NCBI GenBank assembly: GCA_050250935.1
Contig: JBFWNS010000004.1
Coordinates: 64,001-128,000 of the forward strand
From: Candidatus Margulisiibacteriota bacterium
Lineage (GTDB): Bacteria; Margulisbacteria; Marinamargulisbacteria; JBFWNS01
Length of the DNA stretch: 64,000 bases
Direction: 5' to 3'
The position numbers were made by a program, and so were the translations under genes. Under the pieces are notes generated by a model. The model was not told the origin of the DNA, made no database searches, and worked only from the letters and a program-made list of their open reading frames with translations. Below are positions 30,061-38,337 of this stretch, one piece after another; the stretch's first letter is position 1, and each line of letters begins with the position of its first letter.

Positions 30061-30606
30061 TTAGACTGTTGAAAGTGCCCCTAAAATATGAAGCGATGGA
30101 CGATCTTGGAGAAGTTGAGCCTTATTTTGTACAGAAGTCCCCTGCAAATCCAACACGGTCAGATTGGGGTGCCTTTTCAAGAAGGCATCCACGCCATCAA
30201 ACGATATCTGACCACACCCTTTTAAGATTACTGTGCTCAAGGAAGGGTTATTGATTTGTGCCAATACGGCATCGGTTAACAATGGACGACTATCATTTGC
30301 ACAAACCCCCACCAAATCCAACCGCTCAAGCCCAGAACTATTGGCCAATGCCACCAAACTTGCCTCTGTTAACCCACGGGAATGAGACAAAAACAGCATA
30401 CTCGGCGTTGCGCTAACAAGGGCGTCTACGAGTTTCGCTTGATCGTCTCCGAATTCAAAAAACTCCAAGTGAAGATGCGCACCGATACTCTGCTTCAACT
30501 TCTCAAGCCATTGGGCTCGATAAACCAAATCCGCAAAATCTGTGGATTGATACCGAAACGTAGCGGGTCTTAAGGGTCTTACCCCAGTACTCAAAAGCTT
30601 GTACAT
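30061..30606 (-). CDS. Leucine-rich repeat protein (eukaryote-like)
   Basis: LERLDLVG, LTDAVL, LSTVILKGCGQIS, LTVLDLQGT. Confidence 0.7.
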   Translation of the reverse strand: MYKLLSTGVRPLRPATFRYQSTDFADLVYRAQWLEKLKQSIGAHLHLEFFEFGDDQAKLVDALVSATPSMLFLSHSRGLTEASLVALANSSGLERLDLVGVCANDSRPLLTDAVLAQINNPSLSTVILKGCGQISFDGVDAFLKRHPNLTVLDLQGTSVQNKAQLLQDRPSLHILGALSTV

Positions 30607-30648
30607 GTCCCAACTTTAAAGGATCAAAACAAGTAAAGTCAATTTAAA

Positions 30649-31752
30649 TTATAAATGTTCAAAACTATTCATAACATCTTGAAGAGACGGCCGTTGGGCA
30701 GGATCACTGGCAAACATGGGCGTTAAAATCCCCTCAACAGTTTCAGGAAACCCCGATGGCCAATACGGGTCATATTTAAAGTCATAAGCCCCGCCAACAG
30801 ACTCGCCTGTAAACAGCTCGTAAAGGGTTACCCCAAGGGCCCAAGCATCTTGTTGCGCTGGCGTAAAGCCATGCCCCTCATCCTGAGGGTCGGGAGGAAT
30901 ATAAGACACACTACCAACGGCATAACTTAAATCTGTAACTGGTTCTTGACTGGTCGTTGCAAGCCCTAAATCAGCCAACAACAAAGCTCCATCCGAATCA
31001 ACCATACAATTCTCTGGTTTAATATCCCGGTGATAAATGCCAGCATTATGCATAGCGAGAGTGGCTTTAATCAACTCCACTGCCACCTGCTTCATTTGAT
31101 TAAGTTGGTCTTGACCTGTAGCTTCTCGAAGGTCGGAAGCAAGCCCATCAATCGGGTTATACACCGGTTGAAAAATATAAAGTGTTGGTACACGAGTTTT
31201 ACCTTCATCCTCCGTCACAACCCCCTCTGTCAAACAATAATCCAAACACTGAGCAACACCCTTTGTGCCTTTTAAAGCCATCATCATTTCAATTTCACGA
31301 AGCGAATCCTGAATTTTTTCTTCTCCTTTAATGGACTTCACCACCACCAATGTCCCGTCAGGGGCTAGGGCATATTTAACTTTCCCAAAACCACCTTCTC
31401 CCAACACTGTTTTACCTTGATTGATACCATATTTATCGGCATCTTCCCCGGACACCGTCGTCAGCAAGGTAAATAGTCCGCCATGGAGCTTTCCCCTAAT
31501 CTGGGTGTATTGATCTGAAGATTGTTTTTGAAAACGAGCACTGGGATCCACGTTCCGAATATCGATAGAATGAACCAACACTTGGTCCAACAAGGGAGAG
31601 GCCGATGCCGAGGGTTTCTCCGAATCCGATGGGCTAGGCAAAGCCGCTGGTGATGATTGGTGACCTGCCTTAGACAAAAAAGGTGGTACCACACCAAAAC
31701 CAGACTGACCAGGTGAAAACGAATGAGGACTTGCAAAAGAGTGGATAGCCAT
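30649..31752 (-). CDS. Eukaryote-like Ser/Thr protein kinase with Ser/Pro-rich N-terminus
   Basis: LGEGGFGKV, VVVK, HRDIKPEN, ADLG, DAWALG, PAQRPS. Confidence 0.88.
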   Translation of the reverse strand: MAIHSFASPHSFSPGQSGFGVVPPFLSKAGHQSSPAALPSPSDSEKPSASASPLLDQVLVHSIDIRNVDPSARFQKQSSDQYTQIRGKLHGGLFTLLTTVSGEDADKYGINQGKTVLGEGGFGKVKYALAPDGTLVVVKSIKGEEKIQDSLREIEMMMALKGTKGVAQCLDYCLTEGVVTEDEGKTRVPTLYIFQPVYNPIDGLASDLREATGQDQLNQMKQVAVELIKATLAMHNAGIYHRDIKPENCMVDSDGALLLADLGLATTSQEPVTDLSYAVGSVSYIPPDPQDEGHGFTPAQQDAWALGVTLYELFTGESVGGAYDFKYDPYWPSGFPETVEGILTPMFASDPAQRPSLQDVMNSFEHL

Positions 31753-31817
31753 TTCATACCCTACCTTTCCAAGCTAAACATTCCCACCTACCCTCATTTC
31801 AAAACATGATAACTCCC

Positions 31818-31857
31818 AATGAGGATTTTTGCCGGGGGCTTAACGCCGCAGATGACC
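31818..31857. repeat. 40-bp partial copy of the adjacent MITE (identical to 31931-31970)
   Basis: AATGAGGATTTTTGCCGGGGGCTTAACGCCGCAGATGACC occurs twice. Confidence 0.9.
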
Positions 31858-31864
31858 AAAGCCC

Positions 31865-31985
31865 AGAGCCTGTTTTTAAGGCTCAGATGCAAGGCAAGTC
31901 TCCGGCAAAAACCGGAATTTATGAAACATAAATGAGGATTTTTGCCGGGGGCTTAACGCCGCAGATGACCTTAAAAACAGGCTCT
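31865..31985. mobile_element. 121-bp MITE-like element with 17-bp terminal inverted repeats
   Basis: AGAGCCTGTTTTTAAGG ... CCTTAAAAACAGGCTCT; internal CCGGCAAAAA/TTTTTGCCGG stem; no coding capacity. Confidence 0.75.
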
Positions 31986-33006
31986 AGTACCACTTAAACA
32001 GGCGAAGCCCGATGACAAAACACACCAACCCCACAGCCGTTAACGCAACCGACGGCCCCACAATGGCCGAAAACCCAGCGCCTTCGATAAAAATTTGCCG
32101 CATCCCATCCACCACCATCGAAAGAGGCAGTTTTTCGATCACCCAAACCGCCATTTTTGGAAAATGCCGATAGCTGAAAAACACCCCAGACAACACCAAC
32201 ATGGGCATGATGACAGCGTTAATCAGCCCATTGGCCGCTTGGGAACTTTCGGCCCTGGACGACACCAAAATAGCAATGCCAGAAAAGGCAACATTACCGG
32301 CCACAAACAAAGCCAACAACCCGGGTACAGAGCCTTGAATTTGAACACCAAATACCAACCAAGCAAACCCATAAATCAACAACAGTTCTAGCCCAGAAAT
32401 CACGCTTCTGGACAAGAGCATGGTCAGCAAAAAGACCCCTTTATTCAGGGGTGTGGCCATGAGCCTTCGCAACAGACGTTTGGCCCGCATGTCGATCAGG
32501 GCATAGCCTGTTCCCCACATGCACGAACTCATCAGCTCCATGGCCAACAAACCAGGAATCAAAAAGTCGATGTACCGTTGACCCGGGGTTTTCAAAGCCA
32601 CCGTTGTGGACCGAGACGGAGACGCCGCATCCGACAAGGCTTTTTCGACTGCAAAATACGTATTTTGGGCTTCGGCATTTTTATCATCAAAAAAATAGGT
32701 CACAGCGCCAGATGGGGCTTCTTTAACATAAAGGGTATATACCCCACGCTTCATACCCAAAATGGCCTCGGACTCTGACACTTTTTCCAATTTGACCCAT
32801 TGGCTTTTGTGCTCGAAAACGGATTTTAGGGCTTGGTTTTGTTGAATGGGCCCCACAAGCGCAACGGTTTTGGCTTCGTAACCGCGATGCTGAAACGCCA
32901 TGCCCAACACCCAGGCCATGATGATCGGGAATCCCAACGCCCAAAACAACACACCAGGCTCACGGTAAAATCGCTTAAAATGCATGGACATCAAGGTTAA
33001 AATCAT
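31984..33006 (-). CDS. ABC-2 type transporter permease
   Basis: Six TM segments, YIDFLIPG, LRRLMATP, LSGVFF. Confidence 0.88.
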   Translation of the reverse strand: MILTLMSMHFKRFYREPGVLFWALGFPIIMAWVLGMAFQHRGYEAKTVALVGPIQQNQALKSVFEHKSQWVKLEKVSESEAILGMKRGVYTLYVKEAPSGAVTYFFDDKNAEAQNTYFAVEKALSDAASPSRSTTVALKTPGQRYIDFLIPGLLAMELMSSCMWGTGYALIDMRAKRLLRRLMATPLNKGVFLLTMLLSRSVISGLELLLIYGFAWLVFGVQIQGSVPGLLALFVAGNVAFSGIAILVSSRAESSQAANGLINAVIMPMLVLSGVFFSYRHFPKMAVWVIEKLPLSMVVDGMRQIFIEGAGFSAIVGPSVALTAVGLVCFVIGLRLFKWY

Positions 33007-33752
33007 CGGCTTTCTCCTGCATCGTTCAAGGGCCTTCCGGTTAGGGATAAAAACAGGTCGTCCAAAGACACCCCATCGGCCAATCCAAACTGGGCTTTAA
33101 GCTGCGAGGCGGTGCCATCGGCCATAATTTGACCTTGGTTTAACATCACAATCCGTTCACACAAATAATCGGCTTCTTCCAAATAGTGGGTGGTTAAAAT
33201 CAGGGTCAGGCCTTGTTTTTTGAGCCCGTCTAGAATGCCCCAAATCTCGCGTCTTGCGGTGGGGTCTAAGCCTGTGGTCGGCTCGTCCAGCAACAACAAT
33301 TCTGGCTGATTAAGAAGCGACACCGCCAGAGCCAACTTTTGACGCTGACCACCGGACAAAGCATTCACCATCGCCGATTTTTTTTCGGCCAATCCCACCA
33401 ACCCCAACAAGGTATCCAACCGGTCTTGGGGCTGAGAATAGAGTTTGGCAAACACATCCATTACTTCCAAAACCGAAAGCCGATCGGGAAATTGGGTTTC
33501 TTGCAAACACAAGCCCATGCGCTGATGCAACTCTTTGGCATCGTGCTGCCAGGTTTTACCAAACAACGAAATGGTGCCGCTATCCGGCTTTTGAATGCCT
33601 TCGATCATTTCCACCAAGGTGGTTTTACCCGCCCCATTGGGGCCCAATAGCGCCACAAACTCTCCTTTTTGAACGGTTAAAGAAACGCCTTTAACAGCCG
33701 CTACTTTTTTGAAGGTTTTTTTGACGTCCTGGATTTGAATAACAGGATTCAT
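33003..33752 (-). CDS. ABC transporter ATP-binding protein
   Basis: GPNGAGKT, LSGGQ, LLLLDEPT. Confidence 0.92.
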   Translation of the reverse strand: MNPVIQIQDVKKTFKKVAAVKGVSLTVQKGEFVALLGPNGAGKTTLVEMIEGIQKPDSGTISLFGKTWQHDAKELHQRMGLCLQETQFPDRLSVLEVMDVFAKLYSQPQDRLDTLLGLVGLAEKKSAMVNALSGGQRQKLALAVSLLNQPELLLLDEPTTGLDPTARREIWGILDGLKKQGLTLILTTHYLEEADYLCERIVMLNQGQIMADGTASQLKAQFGLADGVSLDDLFLSLTGRPLNDAGESR

Positions 33753-34231
33753 GATGAAGTCCTCACTTGTTTAAAAAAATCGCGCAAAATATGCTCACAC
33801 TCGGGTGTGGGTTCATAGACCACCGCGATGCGATGGTTAAAAAACGCATCGGAAAACAAGTCTACCACGGTCCCGGCTGCGCCCCATTTTAAATCTTTGG
33901 CCCCAAACACCACCTTGGCGATGCGGGCCTGAAACAAAGCCCCAGCACACATGGGACAAGGTTCTAGTGTTGAATAGAGTACTGCCCCGTCCAACCGCCA
34001 ATCTCCCACAGCTTTACACGCCGCCTGAAGCGCTTGGATTTCGGCATGGGCAATGGGACTGTGATCGGTTTCTTTAAGGTTATACCCGGCCCCAATCACC
34101 ACCCCGTCTTTAACCACCACCGCCCCAACCGGCACCTCTCCCACAGAAGCGGCTTTTTTAGCCTGTTCAAGGGCCACCATTAAATAGTCGATTTCCACCT
34201 TCACGATCTCTTTCTCTCTGTTAATATCCAT
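33749..34231 (-). CDS. tadA: tRNA adenosine(34) deaminase
   Basis: GEVPVGAV, AHAE, EPCPMC, FNH; start uncertain. Confidence 0.88.
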   Translation of the reverse strand: MDINREKEIVKVEIDYLMVALEQAKKAASVGEVPVGAVVVKDGVVIGAGYNLKETDHSPIAHAEIQALQAACKAVGDWRLDGAVLYSTLEPCPMCAGALFQARIAKVVFGAKDLKWGAAGTVVDLFSDAFFNHRIAVVYEPTPECEHILRDFFKQVRTSS

Positions 34232-34273
34232 TAAAACCGCGGAGCAGGAGGAAATGCGGTGCATTTGTGCTTA

Positions 34274-34630
34274 CTAATTTATACTAAATTCCACCATCGG
34301 ATTTTGAAAATCGTCTGATAAAGGCCCAAATTTAGCCTGATAATCCACCAAATTTTGTTGGAGCATCTGCACAAACCGCAGGGTGTTTCGGGGATTCATA
34401 ATCACCCGAGAGCGAATTTTACCCTTGGGCAAATGGGGTTGTAAAAATACATAGTCCACCACAAATTCTTCTTGGTTAAAATGGGAAATGGCCAGATTGG
34501 CATAAACCCCCTGGGCCATTTGTTCGTCCATGTCGATGTGAATGGTCTGTTGCTGAAGCTGGGTTTCGTCGCCAGCTTCTGGCAGATCATCCTCTTGGAG
34601 GTCGTCGTCTTCCCGAGGGTCATTGTCCAT
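34274..34630 (-). CDS. DUF3467 family protein
   Basis: AQGVYANLA..SH..EEFVVD, RSRVIMNP, KFG. Confidence 0.8.
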   Translation of the reverse strand: MDNDPREDDDLQEDDLPEAGDETQLQQQTIHIDMDEQMAQGVYANLAISHFNQEEFVVDYVFLQPHLPKGKIRSRVIMNPRNTLRFVQMLQQNLVDYQAKFGPLSDDFQNPMVEFSIN

Positions 34631-34639
34631 GCTGGTCTC

Positions 34640-35203
34640 CTATCGAACCCGTTCCAAATATTCGCCTGTTTCGGTATTCACCCGCACGATATCCCCTTCT
34701 TTGATGAAAGTCGGGGCTTGAATGGTCATGCCATTTTCGATTTCGATGGGGCGAAGCGAGGCCGAAGCCGTGGCTTTTCGAACCTCTGGCGGCGCAACCG
34801 TCACTTTGAAATCCAAGGTTTTGGGCAATTCAATCCCCACAGGCGTGGATTCAAAAAACGTCACCAAATACGAAACCCCTTCGGTCATAAACGAAAACCC
34901 ATCGCCGATCAGGTCTTTGGAAATCGTCACTTGTTCAAAGGTGCTGTTGTCCATAAACACCAAGCCATCTGAATCTTCGTACAAATATTGCATGTCGTGT
35001 GTTTCAAGCTCGGCTTTTTCCACTTTATCGGCAGATCGGAACCGCTGTTCCAAGTTTTTCCCGTTCATGATGTGCTTGAGTTTGGTTTGCATACAAGCAA
35101 CCCCTTTTCCAGGCGTTACGTGCTGGGTCCAATTCACCCGATACAACTCTCCCTCCAAGTTCAAAATCATCCCAACGCGAATCTGTGTGGCTACAATAAT
35201 CAT
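34640..35203 (-). CDS. efp: Elongation factor P
   Basis: PGKG loop, QYLY, GIELP, TGEYLER. Confidence 0.93.
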   Translation of the reverse strand: MIIVATQIRVGMILNLEGELYRVNWTQHVTPGKGVACMQTKLKHIMNGKNLEQRFRSADKVEKAELETHDMQYLYEDSDGLVFMDNSTFEQVTISKDLIGDGFSFMTEGVSYLVTFFESTPVGIELPKTLDFKVTVAPPEVRKATASASLRPIEIENGMTIQAPTFIKEGDIVRVNTETGEYLERVR

Positions 35204-35240
35204 CGTCAAATCTCCTCTTTAAAGTATGGGGATTATACCC

Positions 35241-36044
35241 CTACTCCACCCCTTCGCCAACTTGGGCTTGTTGGATCTGTTGCTTGGCCCGTTGCCAAGC
35301 CGCTTCTTTTTCGGTGAGGCTTAGGTTTTCAAGACAAACGCCATCGGCGGCCAACAAACGATCCATGGTTTCAAAACGGCGAATAAATTTTTGGGTGGCC
35401 TGTTTGAGAACCGCTTCGGCATCCAACCCTTCTTTTCGGGCCACATTGACCAAAGCAAAAAAACAGTCCCCCAATTCGTCGGCTATCTCGGCTGGATTTT
35501 GACTGTTTAGCGCCGCTTTAAGCTCTGCTATTTCGGATTCTACAGCCCCAATCACCTGATGGGTGCTGTCCCAATCAAAGTCTTTTTTGGCGGCTTTTTT
35601 GGACACTTTTTGGGCCATCATCAAGGCAGGGAAATGTTTGGGAAAAGTTCCCAGCACCGAACTGGGTTTTTCTCCCCCTTTTTCTTGCTGCTTGATCTGT
35701 TCCCAGTTATGAACAACCGCTTCAGCAGTATCGGCCACAACATCCCCAAACACATGCGGGTGACGGCGAATCATTTTGTCGTGGATCGAGGCGATTACAT
35801 CGTCGATGGTAAAGCGGTGATCCCCTTCTGCAATCACGCTTTGCAACACCACTTGCAAGAGCACATCGCCCAACTCTTCGCATTGGTCGGCATCGCTGCC
35901 AGTTTCGATGGCATCCACCAGCTCATAGCTTTCTTCGATGATATAGGGAATCAAGGTTTTCGGGGTCTGCTTACGGTCCCAAGGACACCCATTTGGGCCT
36001 CTTAACTGTCGAATCACAGTCACAAAATCTGTAAAGGTTTTCAT
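35241..36044 (-). CDS. mazG: Nucleoside triphosphate pyrophosphohydrolase
   Basis: GCPWDRKQT, EESYE, EELGD, RRHPHVF. Confidence 0.93.
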   Translation of the reverse strand: MKTFTDFVTVIRQLRGPNGCPWDRKQTPKTLIPYIIEESYELVDAIETGSDADQCEELGDVLLQVVLQSVIAEGDHRFTIDDVIASIHDKMIRRHPHVFGDVVADTAEAVVHNWEQIKQQEKGGEKPSSVLGTFPKHFPALMMAQKVSKKAAKKDFDWDSTHQVIGAVESEIAELKAALNSQNPAEIADELGDCFFALVNVARKEGLDAEAVLKQATQKFIRRFETMDRLLAADGVCLENLSLTEKEAAWQRAKQQIQQAQVGEGVE

Positions 36045-36212
36045 CTCCTAACTATACCAGAAAAAGCACAGAAATTAGTAAAAATTCCTCTTTAAAATCA
36101 AACAGACGTCAGGAAAATAGTATATACAAAAAATAAGAAATACCTCTATACTATTCCAAAACGGAGCTAGTGCGATAGGACACCTCTCAAACAATCATTG
36201 TTTAGAGAGGAG

Positions 36213-36314
36213 GTGATTCTCATCAAACTAGAAGTGGATATTTCAGTTAAAGAACTTCTCAAACTGATTGTTGTACTTCTAGCGGTCTTGATGATTATTG
36301 CTGCCCAGCATTAG
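36213..36314 (+). CDS. Small hydrophobic peptide, candidate type I toxin (30-33 aa; absent from ORF track)
   Basis: (V)ILIKLEVDISVKELLKLIVVLLAVLMIIAAQH*; AGGAGGTG SD held in a hairpin; start GTG 36213, ATC 36222 or GTG 36234. Confidence 0.65.
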   Translation: MILIKLEVDISVKELLKLIVVLLAVLMIIAAQH

Positions 36315-36329
36315 TCAAGACCGCTAGCC

Positions 36330-36366
36330 GCTGTACTGGTTTCTCCGTTTTCCAGTACGGCACTTT
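36330..36366 (+). terminator. 3' stem-loop of the small-peptide transcript
   Basis: GCTGTACTGG (36330-36339) pairs with CCAGTACGGC (36352-36361), then ACTTT. Confidence 0.55.
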
Positions 36367-36375
36367 AGTAGCCAC

Positions 36376-36404
36376 AGTTTAAATACATTTTTAAACAAAT
36401 TCAA
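36376..36404 (-). promoter_or_regulatory. Antisense sigma70 promoter firing into the small-peptide ORF (candidate antitoxin RNA)
   Basis: Minus strand TTGAAT-17 nt-TAAACT. Confidence 0.6.
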
Positions 36405-36413
36405 GCGCTACAC

Positions 36414-36439
36414 AAAAAAACCCCTCTTTTCAGAGGGGC
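36414..36439 (-). terminator. Intrinsic terminator of yggS-sepF
   Basis: Minus strand CCCCTCT-GAAA-AGAGGGG followed by T7. Confidence 0.85.
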
Positions 36440-36472
36440 TTCGTTGGCTTGATGACTTAAGAAAAAATAAGC

Positions 36473-36940
36473 TTAGTTCATGCCTACTTTTTTAAAGAAC
36501 TGTTTGCGTTCGTCCAATTCTGGGGCAGAAGTCCCTTCGAATTGAGCGGCGCGCTCGGACGAGTCAGAGATCATAACCGAAGAAGGGGTAAACAAGAAAA
36601 TGTTTTCGCCGATCTTCATCATGTGGCCATTGATGGCGTAGGCTGTCCCGCAAACAAAGTCGATCAACCGTTTGCCGGTAGCACTGTCCAAATATTTCAA
36701 ATTAACAATAACGGGTTTGTTTTCACGAAGGTCTGAAGCGATGTTCAATGAATCTTCGTAGATGCGGGGTTCTTCAACTTTAATTTCGGCAGAAGCATGT
36801 CCATGAGCAGAATGACCGAGTTCTTTGATGTGACGAATAGAAGTTGGGCGTTGAATAGCAGCAGTGATGGGACTTTGATTGTACTCTTCTTCATCTTGAA
36901 AACCAAAAAATTCTTTCACTTTGTTTAGGGCTACACTCAT
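36473..36940 (-). CDS. sepF: Cell division protein SepF
   Basis: KVKEFFG amphipathic start, PVIVNL, RLIDFVCG..YAING, IFLFTP. Confidence 0.9.
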   Translation of the reverse strand: MSVALNKVKEFFGFQDEEEYNQSPITAAIQRPTSIRHIKELGHSAHGHASAEIKVEEPRIYEDSLNIASDLRENKPVIVNLKYLDSATGKRLIDFVCGTAYAINGHMMKIGENIFLFTPSSVMISDSSERAAQFEGTSAPELDERKQFFKKVGMN

Positions 36941-36959
36941 TCGATGCCTCCAAAAAAAT

Positions 36960-37613
36960 TTAATGCGCGAATAAAAGAGAACCCACCCGAATTTGGGTCG
37001 ATCCCGCCTCTATCGCAAGAGAATAATCACCACTCATGCCCATACTGAGTGTATCTACAGTAGGATATTGGGCACTTAACTGATCGAACAAGATTTTCGC
37101 TTGTCCAAAATAGACGCTCTGCTCACTTGAGGGGAAAGGCATGGTCATTATACCCCGAATCATCACATTTGCAAGCGAAAAAAATTGAGCACAATTTTCG
37201 GTCAATTCCTTTGGAGAAAACCCCGTCTTTGTAGCCTCGTTTGCGATGTTGACTTCCAAGAGCACATTCATCACCTTTCCGAGTTTTCCTGCAGCCTCGG
37301 AAATCCCTTGCAGCACCCGAAAACTGTCCACCGATTCGATCCAATCGAAGGTCTCGACCGCTTTTTTGATCTTGTTGGTCTGCAAATGGCCCAACAAATG
37401 CCAGGTGACGTTTGGCCCCAGACAAGCTGCTTTTTTGGCCATGCCATCTTGAACCTTGTTCTCGCCAATGTGGGTGATGCCCGCATCGATCACGGCCTGG
37501 GTATCGGCTACCGAAACATATTTGGTGACCCCAACCACGGTGATGGTTCGGCCCAAGCGCTGCTCGGCAGCCCGAACCTCGTCTAGCAAGGCCTGTACAT
37601 TTTGGGAGATCAT
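36960..37613 (-). CDS. yggS: PLP homeostasis protein YggS
   Basis: GVTK, GENKVQ, WHLLGHLQTNK, LSMGMSGD, IRVGS. Confidence 0.92.
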   Translation of the reverse strand: MISQNVQALLDEVRAAEQRLGRTITVVGVTKYVSVADTQAVIDAGITHIGENKVQDGMAKKAACLGPNVTWHLLGHLQTNKIKKAVETFDWIESVDSFRVLQGISEAAGKLGKVMNVLLEVNIANEATKTGFSPKELTENCAQFFSLANVMIRGIMTMPFPSSEQSVYFGQAKILFDQLSAQYPTVDTLSMGMSGDYSLAIEAGSTQIRVGSLLFAH

Positions 37614-37689
37614 GGCTGTATTGTAAGGAATTTGGGGGACAAATCCAACCTTTGTTTTATCATCACCTTCCGGGTATACTGGTGTCATT

Positions 37690-38337
37690 ATGGAATGGCA
37701 GGATTTTTTAACCCTGATTCGCGAAGCAAAACCCGAGACCCTTCGGTGTTTTAGCGTGGCCGTTGCCGACGAGGTGTTGGTTAAAACCATCACCGAACTG
37801 GCCCAAAAACAGGGTGGAACCCTTGTGTTTGGCTTCGACAATCGCAGCCTGCATTTGACAGGATCTCCCTACGAAGAAAGCCACCTGCGAAACCTGGCCC
37901 AATCCGTTTTGGGACCTCACTTTCCTTTGTCGTTGCAAAGCCTAATCCGAAACGAACGCAGCATTATTGTGCTTTCCGTATCCAAAAACCCGGCCAAAGC
38001 TGCCCCGACGCCGGTTACAACCAAAGCCCCATCGCCGATTCATCAACCCGCAAAACCTGCAACAAATCCCCAACCCATAACCCCATCGTCCCCAACCGCT
38101 CCAACGCCCTTAATGGCAACCCCAACCACAGCCCTATCCAGCCTAAATGGTCGTCAACGACAAACCCTAGAATATTTAAAAACCCATCATCAAATCCAAA
38201 ATAAAACCTACCGAGATTTGTTCAAAGTCTCGCATAAAACAGCCCACATCGAGCTGGTGGATTTGGTGGACCGAAACCTGATTCAAACCCAGGGTGCCGG
38301 ACGCAGCACCTGTTATGTTTTAACCTTAGGATTTTAG
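37690..38337 (+). CDS. AlbA_2/Schlafen-like domain, Pro/Thr linker and C-terminal winged HTH
   Basis: GGTLVFGFDN; LNGRQ...IQNKTYRDLF.VS..TA..EL.DLV...G.GRST.Y. Confidence 0.7.
   Translation: MEWQDFLTLIREAKPETLRCFSVAVADEVLVKTITELAQKQGGTLVFGFDNRSLHLTGSPYEESHLRNLAQSVLGPHFPLSLQSLIRNERSIIVLSVSKNPAKAAPTPVTTKAPSPIHQPAKPATNPQPITPSSPTAPTPLMATPTTALSSLNGRQRQTLEYLKTHHQIQNKTYRDLFKVSHKTAHIELVDLVDRNLIQTQGAGRSTCYVLTLGF

Noticed and set aside
31818..31970. CRISPR or riboswitch for the 40-bp direct repeat
   Set aside because: Explained as an internal part of a TIR-bounded MITE
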